Source of the DNA: Deltaproteobacteria bacterium
GTDB taxonomy: Bacteria > Desulfobacterota > Desulfobaccia > Desulfobaccales > 0-14-0-80-60-11
Direction: 5' to 3'
DNA length: 55,255 nt
NCBI GenBank assembly: GCA_016874915.1
Contig: VGSW01000002.1
Span: 1 to 55,255 of the forward strand
Shown: positions 8,863 to 18,659 of the stretch, in pieces
Layout of the letters: every line of letters starts with the position of its first letter
Position numbering within the stretch: the stretch's first letter is position 1
Program-made: the position numbers and the translations under genes
Notes under the pieces: model-generated
What the model saw: the letters and a program-made list of their open reading frames with translations, nothing else
Database searches by the model: none
Told to the model about the DNA's origin: nothing

Positions 8863-9528
8863 ATGACCGGACCCTGGTTTTTATATCTGGATGAGAGTGG
8901 GGATCTAGGCTTTAATCCCGACAAGCCGGGTCGGTCCCGGCACTTTACCATCTGCATCCTGGCAGTAAGCACCACCACCAGAAACCGGACGGTGGCCTCC
9001 GCGGTGAAAAAGACCCTGGCCCGGAAACTCAACCCCAAAGGCAAGCGCCGCCGGATGGTGAAGGAGCTTAAAGCCAACGCCACCAATTTTGAGGTGAAGG
9101 AATATTTTTTCCGCCAACTCTCGGGAGTGCGTTTCGGCCTCTATTCCCTGACCTTGAATAAGGACCGGCTCTTTCCCGAACTTCAAAGGCAAAAGGACCG
9201 CACCTATAACTACCTGGCCCGCCTGATCCTGGACCAGCTTCCCCTGGAGAATGCCACGGACGCGGTCAACCTGGTCCTGGACAAGCGGAAAAATCGGAAG
9301 GAGCGCCGGGAGTTCAACTCCTATATCCAACGGGAATTAGCCAGCCGTATCCCCCCAAATGTAAGATTGCGAATCACTCACGAAGATTCCGTCAACAATC
9401 ACTGCCTACAGGCCGCGGACTTGTTCTGCTGGGGGATTTTTCGGAAATACGAGCGAGGGGATGCCGCCTGGTATGAGATTTTTCAGGGCAAAGTCCGCTA
9501 TGACCGCGTTTATCTGCCCCCGAAATAA
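8863..9528 (+). CDS. DUF3800 family protein
   Basis: 221 aa. N-terminal 'WFLYLDESGDLGF' (DUF3800 DESG motif) and C-terminal 'CLQAADLFCWGIFRKYE' (the Q.aD motif). Confidence 0.65.
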   Translation: MTGPWFLYLDESGDLGFNPDKPGRSRHFTICILAVSTTTRNRTVASAVKKTLARKLNPKGKRRRMVKELKANATNFEVKEYFFRQLSGVRFGLYSLTLNKDRLFPELQRQKDRTYNYLARLILDQLPLENATDAVNLVLDKRKNRKERREFNSYIQRELASRIPPNVRLRITHEDSVNNHCLQAADLFCWGIFRKYERGDAAWYEIFQGKVRYDRVYLPPK

Positions 9529-10105
9529 AAAAGAGCGCGCCTTGGAGGCCATCGTCCCAGGGTTTGTGCCACCAGATGGAGGGACCATGCCCCGGGGACC
9601 TACAGAGGACTCACCGCTCATGTATAAGATAATACACCGCGTGGTAATGTCAAGAAAAATTGTCCCTATCACTCCCTTTAAGTCCTTGAAATTACAAGCT
9701 CCGGGTACTGGATTTGAACCCACGACCTTATGATCAATAAGGGGAATCATGGTCAACGTCAACCCCTGTCAACCCCGTTTTTCTTTGAAAGAATTTCCCG
9801 GAAATGAAGGCAACCACTGGATAATGCTGAATAATTGGCAATTTATCAGGAATTTTTTATTGTCGGACCGGTGGAAATTGAATTTTATGGATTTTCTTTC
9901 GGGAGAGGAATAATGAGGCAATTTACTATTGATTTCAGTTAATTATAATGGGGGAGACAAGAAAAAGAGGATAGAAGAGGTGTGCAAAATCATGGCAAAT
10001 ATGGCAGGGAGGTGCCAAATCTATCTTGGAAAATGATACTGGAAAACCTCAATTATCTGAAAATACTGATGATATTTGACTAATACAAAAATCACCCAAA
10101 AATAT

Positions 10106-10456
10106 TTATTCGTCTGTAGGGATGCAAGAGGTATCAATGAGCAAAGGGAAAATGAATCTTGCATATTCGGGGTGGCGTTCGACTTGGGCTTGGACATCAG
10201 GCCGATCTGTGATAAGAAAGCCGCCAACAAAGGAGGCCAAGCCAACATTTAAGTTGGGGAATCTTACACAGACATAGGCCCGGTATCCTCGGAGAGGGTG
10301 AGCTAATTCTGCTCGGCGCCGCCGTTTATATTGTCTCTGGAAATTTCTTCTCACTGTTGGATCTTTATAAGGCATCGAAGCCCCCTCCTCGTGATCTGGA
10401 GTTATATTATTATTTTTTCCCTTGCCCATCGCGGTGGGAGTGCCCTGACCGGCCAT
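10106..10456 (-). CDS. Hypothetical protein (element cargo)
   Basis: 116-aa ORF. 'MPYKDPTVRRNFQRQYKRRRRAE' at the internal Met (start 10375) resembles a common phage/plasmid N-terminus. The function is unknown. Confidence 0.4.
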   Translation of the reverse strand: MAGQGTPTAMGKGKNNNITPDHEEGASMPYKDPTVRRNFQRQYKRRRRAELAHPLRGYRAYVCVRFPNLNVGLASFVGGFLITDRPDVQAQVERHPEYARFIFPLLIDTSCIPTDE

Positions 10457-10623
10457 TTCTTCAGGCGCACTTACTACCGGGGGCCGTTGGCCGGTAGCGG
10501 CTGTAGCGGGTTCGCTCCGCTTCCGAAGCAGCCCGAGGACCGTGGTACGTCTCGGACGTGAGAGAGGGGAGACTTCGCGATGCGTTTCAGAACATCAGGA
10601 AGGTACATTGCTCGCAGCGGCCC

Positions 10624-10959
10624 TCATTTTCCCCCACAAATACGCCCGCAGCCGCAGTACTCCTTGTCTTTATCCTCCTTCAAAGCCAGGATCGCTAGCA
10701 CCGAATAATTGGCCAGGTCTAGCAAGCTGTCCTCCAAAGCCTCACCCTCTACCTGGGGGGTCTGGCCCCGGGCCAGCCGACAAGCACGGGCTAATTTGTC
10801 AGTCATTCGCACCAGTAGGCCAACATAAGCTGGGATGCCCAAGAGAGATGGCGCTAGGTTATAGGACGCGCCATAATCAGCGTTTTTGGCCCGGTGTATG
10901 GCCGCCATGCGTTCAAAGATGGTCTCAAAGGTTGTATGCCCTTGTTCCATAATCATCAT
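10624..10959 (-). CDS. Hypothetical protein, possibly DUF1599-like (nucleotide-modification-associated domain)
   Basis: 111 aa. 'RAKNADYGASYN...VRMTDKLARA' resembles the DUF1599 pattern (K..DYG.s). This is recalled from memory only. Confidence 0.4.
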   Translation of the reverse strand: MMIMEQGHTTFETIFERMAAIHRAKNADYGASYNLAPSLLGIPAYVGLLVRMTDKLARACRLARGQTPQVEGEALEDSLLDLANYSVLAILALKEDKDKEYCGCGRICGGK

Positions 10960-11167
10960 GCTCCCCCATAGACCCGGCTTCGCCCTCGGGCCGCGTTCTC
11001 CACAAATTTCGCATCAACATCATAGTAATCCAAAACTCTATACGAGTCCTTCCCCGGCGCTTGTCGGATCGCTCCCCGACCAAAAATTTATGGGTATTTC
11101 TGCCGCGAAAATTTTGGGCTTCGCCATCTCTGGTACCACATGTCGTGATTATCCCTCTCCTTCCAGT

Positions 11168-12877
11168 TCATCTGCCAACCTTCCCCTCTTCATTAAGGAG
11201 TTTGTAATTTTCAACGGTGGGCACTTTCCGTCTCCCGAAGGTCTTGTAAGCCACATCCACCCAACAAACCATACCCTCTAGATGTTTCCAATTTACTTGA
11301 ATAGTTTCCTTATTCCCCCATGGGATAAGTCCCAAACGACAAGCAATGCGCAGCCGGCGTTGGAGCATTCCCTGTGATTCTTTGGAGTGCGGTAGACTGA
11401 TGTTGTCAAAGAGGGGCCTACGGGCAGCGGGTCCCTCTAAAATTTCCATTCGCAACCTGGCCCTCGGCCCCCGATATTCCTCGAAGTTATGCAGGTAGCC
11501 TCTTACCTGTTTAATTTGTACTAGATGCCGCCCTTCCCCCGGTGGCCCTCCATGGGAGGCGTCTCCACGATCTTGATAGGTCTCTTTCCCTTTAAGGGTT
11601 TGGGAGTATTCTAGACCAGCCAACCCATAAGGCGAGGCAGCTGCTAAATCCGTTAAAGTTGTCACGGGCTCTGTTGGAATCAGGCTTTCTTGAAGGAGTC
11701 GGCAGATGGGGTTGTCGATCAGGAGCCCCTCCCCCCAGTAGAGACAAAAAGCAGGCAAACCAGGCTCAATCTCTTTGGCCACATACTGAGGGCATGCGGC
11801 ACAAGACATAATCTCCGCTACATGGTCACTGTGGGAGGTTGAAGGATCGCTCTGTGGTTCGGGTTGTTCATCCCAATTGGAGCTTATATTAGAAGAATTA
11901 TCTGGTCTTGAATCTGTCCGGTCTGTCCACTCCCCTAGTTCCAAATACCTATTAGCAGCCCATGCTTCGCTTAAATCCTTATAGCCGGCGTAGGTTACCC
12001 GAGACAGAAAATATACCTCTATTCCCAATAGCATGGCGTGGCAGGCTAATTCTCTCCAACTTTCGCCAGCTTGGTCCCGGTCAAACCCAAAGACGACGGT
12101 GGCTGCCTTGACCCATGGCCACCGCAATCCATTTAATCCAAAAATCGCACAAGCCTCATGGCCCGCAGCCAACAAAGAAACCGCGTCAAATGGGCCTTCA
12201 GTAATAAATGCCCTATCTTTAGTTAAAGCCTGGGCATTAAAGATCCCTTTAGGTCCTTCCAGATGGGCATGACGATGCTGCTTTAGCAGATCACCATTCA
12301 AATCAACACCCCGCCCATAAAGATTTACTATTTCCCCGGCAGGGTTAGTGTGAGGGAAGACTATGCACCCCTGAAGAAAGTACTTCTTTGGGTTCGGCCA
12401 CAACCCCGGGGCTGCGTAACCCAAACCATATTTCTGGGCCACTTCAAGGGAAATTCCCCGTTGTTTAAGATATTCTTCCCCTGGGCCCCCAGGCAAGGCC
12501 TCTTGGAACTTTCGGAGCGGCTCAACCAGCTCAGGCCGGGCAGGGGGTTCGTCTGCCTTCGGAAACGTGTATGTCGATGTAGCCTGGTTCAAGGGCGTCG
12601 GATTGTGATGAATGTCTGCTTTCCAAGACGGACCTGACAGATTTGTCCGGCGCCTTTCCTGCCGCTTCTCCGCCAGATACCCCCAGGCACCGCAGGAGAA
12701 ACATTTGAACCGGCCAGTCTCCGAATCCAGAGATAAAGACCTCTGGTTGTCGCCTCCATGAATTGGACAGTAGTATCGTAAATATTTTCCGGAAGGCTTC
12801 CCAGAACCCTGATCACGGTAGCTTTCAATCTCCTGCAGGGTAAGGGTGAGGTTCTCGTTGGGGCAGTACTGATTCAA
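11168..12877 (-). CDS. DNA primase (CHC2 zinc finger plus Toprim domain)
   Basis: 569 aa. 'CPIHGGDNQRSLSLDSETGRFKCFSCGAWG' is a CHC2 zinc finger. 'AFITEGPFDAVSL...VVFGFDRDQAGE' carries Toprim acidic motifs. The TTG start overlaps the helicase stop (TTGA). Confidence 0.8.
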   Translation of the reverse strand: MNQYCPNENLTLTLQEIESYRDQGSGKPSGKYLRYYCPIHGGDNQRSLSLDSETGRFKCFSCGAWGYLAEKRQERRRTNLSGPSWKADIHHNPTPLNQATSTYTFPKADEPPARPELVEPLRKFQEALPGGPGEEYLKQRGISLEVAQKYGLGYAAPGLWPNPKKYFLQGCIVFPHTNPAGEIVNLYGRGVDLNGDLLKQHRHAHLEGPKGIFNAQALTKDRAFITEGPFDAVSLLAAGHEACAIFGLNGLRWPWVKAATVVFGFDRDQAGESWRELACHAMLLGIEVYFLSRVTYAGYKDLSEAWAANRYLELGEWTDRTDSRPDNSSNISSNWDEQPEPQSDPSTSHSDHVAEIMSCAACPQYVAKEIEPGLPAFCLYWGEGLLIDNPICRLLQESLIPTEPVTTLTDLAAASPYGLAGLEYSQTLKGKETYQDRGDASHGGPPGEGRHLVQIKQVRGYLHNFEEYRGPRARLRMEILEGPAARRPLFDNISLPHSKESQGMLQRRLRIACRLGLIPWGNKETIQVNWKHLEGMVCWVDVAYKTFGRRKVPTVENYKLLNEEGKVGR

Positions 12878-14133
12878 AATTTTGCCTCCTCGCGAAATAT
12901 CCCGATAGTAGGGCGAAAAATCAGTGGGATTATCCCCGTATCTCCAAAGCGATTTTTGCTAACATGCAGGTCGACTGCTCTGGCTGGAGGGTTGGCTGGC
13001 CTTTTGCTTTTCACCAAGAAAAGAATAGAATCGGCGGCGTATTCCAGATCCCCGGATTCTTTGAGACTAGTCATAAATGAACTCCCCTGGCCGCCGCGGT
13101 TTTGAGAAGAGATCACTAAAATTGGAGAGTTCAACCTATTGGCAACGTCGCGAAGTTCCGCAACTAAGGCCCCAACAATGTGCCGGAACTCTGAAAATTC
13201 CCTGCGACTGGAGGCCCACTTCTGCAAATAGTCAATAATGACAAGGCATTGATTTGTCTTATGCCGCGCTAAAATCTGAAGTGCCTTCGCCTTGAGCTGG
13301 GGGACCGTCAGGCGGGAACTTCCTTCTATTAGATAGAATGCCTTGAGCCTGGAGCCGTACTCTTTTATCGCCGTATTCAATTGTGCAAGATCACCGTTGC
13401 CATCAAAAAAGCGCTTCATCTCTAAATTAGCTTGCTGGCAGACAGATTTAAGGCAAAGGCGGGTTAAAGACTCTTCAAAAGAAACGAAAAGTGCAGGCGC
13501 CTGGGCCGCCACCTTCGCTGCAATTTGAAGGGCCAGAGAAGTTTTTCCTTCACCAGGTTCGGCTGCCAAGATGTGTAGGCCGGTTTGTAGGCCGCCGATC
13601 ATTTTGTCCAATCTCGATATTCCGGTTGGCAGTCCCACGGCGACGGTGCCGGTTTCCATGACCGCCTGCTGGCGGCTGGCCATTTCTTTTAGAACCTCAG
13701 GGAGCAAGTCGGCGACGGACATCGCCTGACCGGAGCGCATCTCCCGAATAGCCGTCTGGATTCGAGTAAGTTCTACTTCAGTCTGTGCAATCAACTCATC
13801 TGCTTTGATTTCCCCTCGGAGTTTTTCGGTAAAAGGTTGGATCATCTGGGCGAGAAGACGTTTTTGATAGAGATTAGCCAATTCCCGGGCGGCCAGAGAA
13901 GGGTCTGGGGTGGGCGACACTGTGTTGAGGGTGTCGATGGGTGGAATGGGTTTTTCTGCCTCAACCGCCGCGGCGATGATTTCGTATGCTGCCTGCCCCA
14001 CTGTCAGTACCCCCGGGGGGAGCGAGTCGAGGGTCTCCCAATACTTCGGGGGATCAGAGATTATTGCAGCCAGCAAGGCCCATTCCAGGTCGGGGTTTAC
14101 GAACTGACCGGCAAAGGAAAATTTCTGGGGCAT
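12874..14133 (-). CDS. DnaB-family replicative helicase
   Basis: 419 aa. Walker A is 'AAEPGEGKTSLALQIA' and Walker B-like is 'CLVIIDYLQ'. 'ISSQNRGG' and 'ESGDLEYAADSILFL' are typical of the DnaB C-terminal domain. Confidence 0.85.
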   Translation of the reverse strand: MPQKFSFAGQFVNPDLEWALLAAIISDPPKYWETLDSLPPGVLTVGQAAYEIIAAAVEAEKPIPPIDTLNTVSPTPDPSLAARELANLYQKRLLAQMIQPFTEKLRGEIKADELIAQTEVELTRIQTAIREMRSGQAMSVADLLPEVLKEMASRQQAVMETGTVAVGLPTGISRLDKMIGGLQTGLHILAAEPGEGKTSLALQIAAKVAAQAPALFVSFEESLTRLCLKSVCQQANLEMKRFFDGNGDLAQLNTAIKEYGSRLKAFYLIEGSSRLTVPQLKAKALQILARHKTNQCLVIIDYLQKWASSRREFSEFRHIVGALVAELRDVANRLNSPILVISSQNRGGQGSSFMTSLKESGDLEYAADSILFLVKSKRPANPPARAVDLHVSKNRFGDTGIIPLIFRPTIGIFREEAKF

Positions 14134-14262
14134 GGGCTCGGTCCTTTCAGAAACACGCCGGCCCGCCGTCAGGCGGGGCCTGGCGTGCCGTTATTCTAGT
14201 TAATATAGTTAAGATTAAAAAATCCTTAAAATCGTCCATATATAGCCCACTTACAAATATCG

Positions 14263-14328
14263 TTCGCACCGGATGATGCCGACATTCGCACCAGATAATG
14301 CCGACATTCGCACCGGATAATGCCGACT
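14263..14328. repeat. Three contiguous 22-bp iterons (TTCGCACCRGATRATGCCGACW), candidate replication origin
   Basis: Units at 14263-14284, 14285-14306 and 14307-14328 were read directly. An AT-rich tract (about 14190-14262) adjoins them. The repeats sit between the rep-like gene and the helicase gene. Confidence 0.75.
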
Positions 14329-14349
14329 CTTTCTCCATGTTCCCCACCC

Positions 14350-15588
14350 TTATTTTCCAGATGCCAGCGGCGCTTTTTTGCCAGTCAGGGTATGGTTCAT
14401 CTTGCGGTATTGCTCCATAATCTCCTGGGGCGGCTCGATTTGAATCCTCGACGAAACCCAGTTTTCCAACCAGCCCTTTCGACCTGCTGGCCTCTCTGTT
14501 ACTTGCTGCACATAGCGCCAATATCTGATCACGCCGTCCTGGCTCAGTAGATCGAGTGCCTTTTCCATGCGGGCCCGGGTTTTCTTGGGATTCCGCTTGC
14601 ACACCTGCAGACCCGCCCCTTGAAGTAATGCCCCCACCGAAATCGGGGCCAAGTAGTCGTTCCGGGCCCGCCGGATGCGCCAGATGTAGGCCAGGAAGCG
14701 CGTTATTCGTTTTTCCCATTGTTGGCGGTATGGATCATAGTGAAGGGCCTTCTGGCTGATTAAAGCGGTCTGCCTCCCAGGACCAAAAAGAAATCGGGCA
14801 AAAACATCGCCTGGACGTATCTTCCATGCCCGCGGCTCCACGTCGCCTGAGGGGGTGACTGGTCCAACCCGGCTGGAGACGACGATGGCGCGGGACTCAC
14901 CGGCCCACTTCGTTCTTTTGCGATAGGCGCCCTTCTTCCCCTCTGCTATTTCCGTAATTGTTCGTTCAAAAACCCGAATCCAGGTGCTCGCCAGGACATC
15001 TATGTGCCGGGCTACTTCCTGGCGCAGGTGATTATGGTAACCACCGCGGCGACCTGTCCCACCTTTCTTGGGGTTTATGCCCCGGTGCCGTAAGAAGTCA
15101 TCCGCAGTCAAGACCACCATGGATTCCGGGTGGGAAACCTGCTTCAGCCATTCCGCGGAGATAACGTCCAACACATCCGCAGTCAGGTCATCCATAACGC
15201 AGACATATTCATGAGCTCGTTCCTGCCATTCAGCAATCCCATGTTCGGGCAGAAAAGGTTCTATCTCTGTGGGGTCTGGCATCAATCGGGCGATGGCCTT
15301 GAGTTTGTTAGTAGGGTTTTTCAGATCGGCTGCCGGCCAACGAGCATCTTCCGGGACAGAGAAATTTCTCGTGGCCATGGAGCGGCGTAATGTATGATAG
15401 AGGTCGGAGTTGTCAATATTGAGAAACCGGGGTTCTCGTCCTGCCAACGGCGGGGCACATTGTCCGTGAGGATGCTCAAAGGTGGCGTTCTTTTCATCGC
15501 AGCGGACACTATCCTGTTCGCCGCTGCCGTTGGCCACCAAGCTTTTTTGCTGACCCCGGTCGCTCATTAGCTTTTCCTGTTCCCCCAT
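14350..15588 (-). CDS. Hypothetical protein, candidate replication initiator of the element
   Basis: 412-aa ORF with no recognisable motif. The Rep role is inferred only from its position immediately upstream of the iterons and the helicase-primase pair. Confidence 0.5.
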   Translation of the reverse strand: MGEQEKLMSDRGQQKSLVANGSGEQDSVRCDEKNATFEHPHGQCAPPLAGREPRFLNIDNSDLYHTLRRSMATRNFSVPEDARWPAADLKNPTNKLKAIARLMPDPTEIEPFLPEHGIAEWQERAHEYVCVMDDLTADVLDVISAEWLKQVSHPESMVVLTADDFLRHRGINPKKGGTGRRGGYHNHLRQEVARHIDVLASTWIRVFERTITEIAEGKKGAYRKRTKWAGESRAIVVSSRVGPVTPSGDVEPRAWKIRPGDVFARFLFGPGRQTALISQKALHYDPYRQQWEKRITRFLAYIWRIRRARNDYLAPISVGALLQGAGLQVCKRNPKKTRARMEKALDLLSQDGVIRYWRYVQQVTERPAGRKGWLENWVSSRIQIEPPQEIMEQYRKMNHTLTGKKAPLASGK

Positions 15589-15748
15589 TTAAAGGCGCCA
15601 TCAAATTTCGTTTACCAAGCTGCCCGAACCTCAACCTGTTCCCTGTTCACGCTTGCAAAAGTTTTGGCAGAAGTGGAGACTGTCAGGTTCCTGGAACAAC
15701 TCGCCGTTCCAAGATGATGTTTGAGACTGGCAGGTGCCGGTCATCTCT

Positions 15749-15880
15749 TTATTCTTTAGCTTCAAGCCAGGAGAGTATCGGCGGCAACTTCTGCATCGGA
15801 TATGGGAGGCTGCCAGTTAATTCTTTCCGTTTATTAACTTGCGCCACCGCATCCATCTTACAAGTATCAGTCCATGCCAT
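15749..15880 (-). CDS. Small hypothetical ORF (43 aa)
   Basis: Encodes MAWTDTCKMDAVAQVNKRKELTGSLPYPMQKLPPILSWLEAKE. A strong AGGAG Shine-Dalgarno lies 7 nt upstream. It is shorter than the 60-aa minimum seen in the supplied ORF track. Confidence 0.25.
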   Translation of the reverse strand: MAWTDTCKMDAVAQVNKRKELTGSLPYPMQKLPPILSWLEAKE

Positions 15881-15945
15881 TCTCGTTCTCCTTTCTATAG
15901 GTCAAGAATTCCGTCCAAGGTTAGTTATGACCGTTCTTCAGACCC

Positions 15946-16176
15946 TTAGCCGGCGACCAAAGGCTTTTTCTTTCGGGGTAGCGGCGTCTTCCGTTGGCCC
16001 CGGGAAGCGTCAATGAGTTGCTCCAGCCGTTCTAGGTCCAGAAATAATGCACCAGAAATTTTTACGAAAATTTCGAGATGCTTGCCCGTATGGAACCACT
16101 TATAAAAAGTTTGCGCCTTGAAAGGCAACTTTGTTGGTAAGCGTGGTATCTCTGATATTCTCACTAAGTTTTTCAT
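15946..16176 (-). CDS. Excisionase/AlpA-like helix-turn-helix protein (start taken at the internal Met)
   Basis: 'MKNLVRISEIPRL...AQTFYKWFHTGKHLEIFVKISGALFLDLERLEQLI' resembles the HTH_17/Xis pattern. It lies between the integrase side and the replication module. Confidence 0.4.
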   Translation of the reverse strand: MKNLVRISEIPRLPTKLPFKAQTFYKWFHTGKHLEIFVKISGALFLDLERLEQLIDASRGQRKTPLPRKKKPLVAG

Positions 16177-16403
16177 AACATCACCTCTTGTTTGGAATAA
16201 AAAAGGCAAGGCCATTACAGCCTTGCCCAAAATTGTAAAAAATAACCACAGACGAAGTCAAATAGTACTTATGCTTCCTATAGTATTTAAAGTAACCATT
16301 TTTGCCCTTAGTAATTAAATCAAAAGGTTAGAAGATTTTAGAAGAAAATGGCAGGAAGAGAATAGGTTATTTTTGAGATAACTTATTGAATTTGTTTATA
16401 AGG

Positions 16404-16431
16404 GCAAAAAAGCTTACTTAAGGGGAGTAAG
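16404..16431 (-). terminator. Possible intrinsic terminator after the 253-aa gene
   Basis: On the minus strand, CTTACT-7 nt-AGTAAG is followed by CTTTTTTG. The stem is short (6 bp). Confidence 0.35.
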
Positions 16432-16436
16432 TTGAA

Positions 16437-17198
16437 TCAAACTTTGCCCCAAGGCCAGGAAGGATAACGCTGCTTAAGCATTTCCTTAAAAGCTTGGGGG
16501 GATATTTTCTTTGGTAACCATCTCTCATTCACCAATATTTTGATGACCTTATGCCAAGGATTTCTCTCTTTTCGGGTTCTTTTTTTTTCTCTGGCGTTGC
16601 CCTCCTGTCGTTTCACATTTTCGAGCATTTCATCAGTCACTACCATTCGCGACCTTTCTAAAATATCTTTCAAAGTGTTAAGGGAGGGTTCGTCCTCCAT
16701 GGCAGCCGCTAATTGATCGTCTTCGATCACGAATCCCCGGAGTTCCAAGACTCTAATGAGAAAGGCCATATCCCATGGCCGCTTCATGCCAGTTTCAAGG
16801 CCCTCTACTTTAGTTTTGCGTAATGTCTTCCTCCCTTCCTTTCCCCGTAAGCGTTGGCGCTGAATCCAGTCTTCTAGGTGACTTATGGCCCAAGTCGGTA
16901 ATTCAGGGTGGTAATAGTGTTGTATTTGGGGCTTATCCAAACCTTTCTTTTTGGCCCAGGCATGGGCCTCTGGAGGGAAGGAGAAAGACTTATCAGGTCC
17001 CCGTAAAATTGCACCAGACCTTGTTAGACTGACTGTAAATTTATCTATTGCATTGAGAATTTTTTCAAGTTCGGATATCCCCTGGTCGGATTCTGGAGTA
17101 TTTAGATTTGTGAGCTTTTCTTTTTCCGACTTGATTTTTTCGAGGAGGTCCCATTGCCTTGGGGAGAGTGGGGGAAAGTCAGGGATGGGGGTTTTCAT
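16437..17198 (-). CDS. Hypothetical protein (element cargo)
   Basis: 253-aa ORF in a low-GC region, with a basic C-terminal region. No motif was recognised. Confidence 0.55.
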   Translation of the reverse strand: MKTPIPDFPPLSPRQWDLLEKIKSEKEKLTNLNTPESDQGISELEKILNAIDKFTVSLTRSGAILRGPDKSFSFPPEAHAWAKKKGLDKPQIQHYYHPELPTWAISHLEDWIQRQRLRGKEGRKTLRKTKVEGLETGMKRPWDMAFLIRVLELRGFVIEDDQLAAAMEDEPSLNTLKDILERSRMVVTDEMLENVKRQEGNAREKKRTRKERNPWHKVIKILVNERWLPKKISPQAFKEMLKQRYPSWPWGKV

Positions 17199-17346
17199 CT
17201 TGCCGCCTCCTGCCGGGGTCTAATCTTGGAGTAACGCCATCTCGGGTTTTGGGAGGTTTATGTGATGGTCAGGACCGGTTCAGTGTAAGCTCACCTGGCT
17301 GGCCTGTTATTCGTAGGCCCTATAGGCCCTGTGGCTGGATAGCCGT

Positions 17347-18534
17347 TTAATCTGTTAATGCGATAAAATTACTCTCCGCCTTTTTGAGGATCAGCAACTC
17401 CCCGCTTTTAAGGGCCGCATCCCGGATAGCTCCGGGGGCTAGGTGAGCATAGCGGGCGGTTGTCTTGCTGTCCTTGTGGGTCAAGAGCCGTTGCACCACC
17501 AGCAAGTCAACCCCGTTGCTCACTAGGGTAGAGGCGAAGTGGTGCCTCAGGCCGTGGAACCGGAAATTGCTGGGCAGCCCTGCGGCTTGGCGGATTTTTT
17601 GCCAGGGGCCGTTAAACTCCACTCTCTGCTTGCCGCCCTTGCCGGGAAAGACAAAGGGTGAGGTTACTTCCAAAGATTTGAGCACGTCCAGAGCTTGCAG
17701 GCTCACCGGGACACTTTCGGTCTTGCCGCTCTTGGGGTCCTTGAGGGTGATGAGGCCTCGTTCAAAATCCACGTCATCCCAGCGCAGCTTGAAGATTTCA
17801 CCGCGGCGCAGCCCGGTGAACAAGGCGAATTTCACCAGAGCAGCGCTTTCGGCAAAGGGCCAGTTGTCCAAGGTGTCCAGGAGCCTTGTCAATTCCTCAT
17901 TGGTGAGAAATTCGGTCTGCTGATTGTCCAGCTTGGGCATGGTGACTGATTCAATGGGGCTTTTCCCCTGGTAGAGGCCCCACTTTCGGGCCAGGTTGTA
18001 AAGCCGCCTCAGTATCACGATCTGGTGTTTGATGGTGGCCGCCGCGAAGGGTTTTCCCCGCTTGTTCAGCCCCTTTTTCATCTCGGTTTTCATCCGCTCC
18101 ACGTCAATGGGGGAGATGGCGTCCAGGCCCTTCTTGCCGAAGCGGGGTTCCAGGTGGAGCCGGTAATATCTCAGGTCATTGAGCCATGATTTCTTGTGCA
18201 CCTTGGCCCAGGATAAGTATTTATTCCACAGTTCACCTAGGGTAATGGTCTTCTTTTTCTTTTTCCCCCGGTTGATGCCAAACTCGCCCCTTACCGCGTC
18301 GCCTTTAAGGGCGGATTCTACCTCTTGGGCCAGGGTGAGGTTGTCCACCACTCGGGTTTGGCGCTCCCCCTTCTCAGAGACGCAGACCCGGTATCTCCGG
18401 CTTCTACCGAAGACCGCCCCGCAGTTGGAGCACGATTTAGCGTCTTTGCTGTTGCTGGTATAGCACTTTTCGCAATAGCTGTGGATCGCCATGTCAACCC
18501 CTCCCGCCGAATCTCCTGTGCACCTCCTGTGCAC
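17347..18534 (-). CDS. int: Tyrosine recombinase/phage-type integrase with N-terminal zinc ribbon
   Basis: 'FTGLRRGEI' (Arg I), 'HGLRHHFAS' (H-x-x-R) and 'KTTARYAHL' (catalytic Tyr). N-terminal 'CEKCYTSNSKDAKSCSNCG'. The likely true start is the ATG at 18492. Confidence 0.9.
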   Translation of the reverse strand: MHRRCTGDSAGGVDMAIHSYCEKCYTSNSKDAKSCSNCGAVFGRSRRYRVCVSEKGERQTRVVDNLTLAQEVESALKGDAVRGEFGINRGKKKKKTITLGELWNKYLSWAKVHKKSWLNDLRYYRLHLEPRFGKKGLDAISPIDVERMKTEMKKGLNKRGKPFAAATIKHQIVILRRLYNLARKWGLYQGKSPIESVTMPKLDNQQTEFLTNEELTRLLDTLDNWPFAESAALVKFALFTGLRRGEIFKLRWDDVDFERGLITLKDPKSGKTESVPVSLQALDVLKSLEVTSPFVFPGKGGKQRVEFNGPWQKIRQAAGLPSNFRFHGLRHHFASTLVSNGVDLLVVQRLLTHKDSKTTARYAHLAPGAIRDAALKSGELLILKKAESNFIALTD

Positions 18535-18659
18535 CTGTGCATGAAAAGCAATTCGTAAGTAGATAAAATTATCTCAATCTTTGAGCTTATAATAGGCAGG
18601 AATACAAGTGGTTGTCAAGAAATATCTTAAAGGAGGAAAAACGAGAATAGACTTTCTAA

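Noticed and set aside
9690-9760. A functional tRNA gene on the minus strand (GGTTCAAATCC T-loop, anticodon-like loop TTGATCA)
   Set aside because: The T stem cannot pair (GTGGG versus CCAGT). Position 37 would be a pyrimidine. There is no D arm, acceptor pairing or CCA. It is treated only as a possible tRNA-derived remnant.
9406-9762. ORFs 9406..9762 (-) and 9461..9733 (+) downstream of the DUF3800 gene
   Set aside because: They overlap each other and the DUF3800 3' end, have no motifs, and span the compositional boundary and the tRNA-like remnant.
14147-14719. 190-aa minus-strand ORF spanning the iteron/AT-rich region
   Set aside because: It overlaps the 3' end of the 412-aa gene in another frame and runs through the tandem repeats. 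It is most likely non-coding origin DNA.
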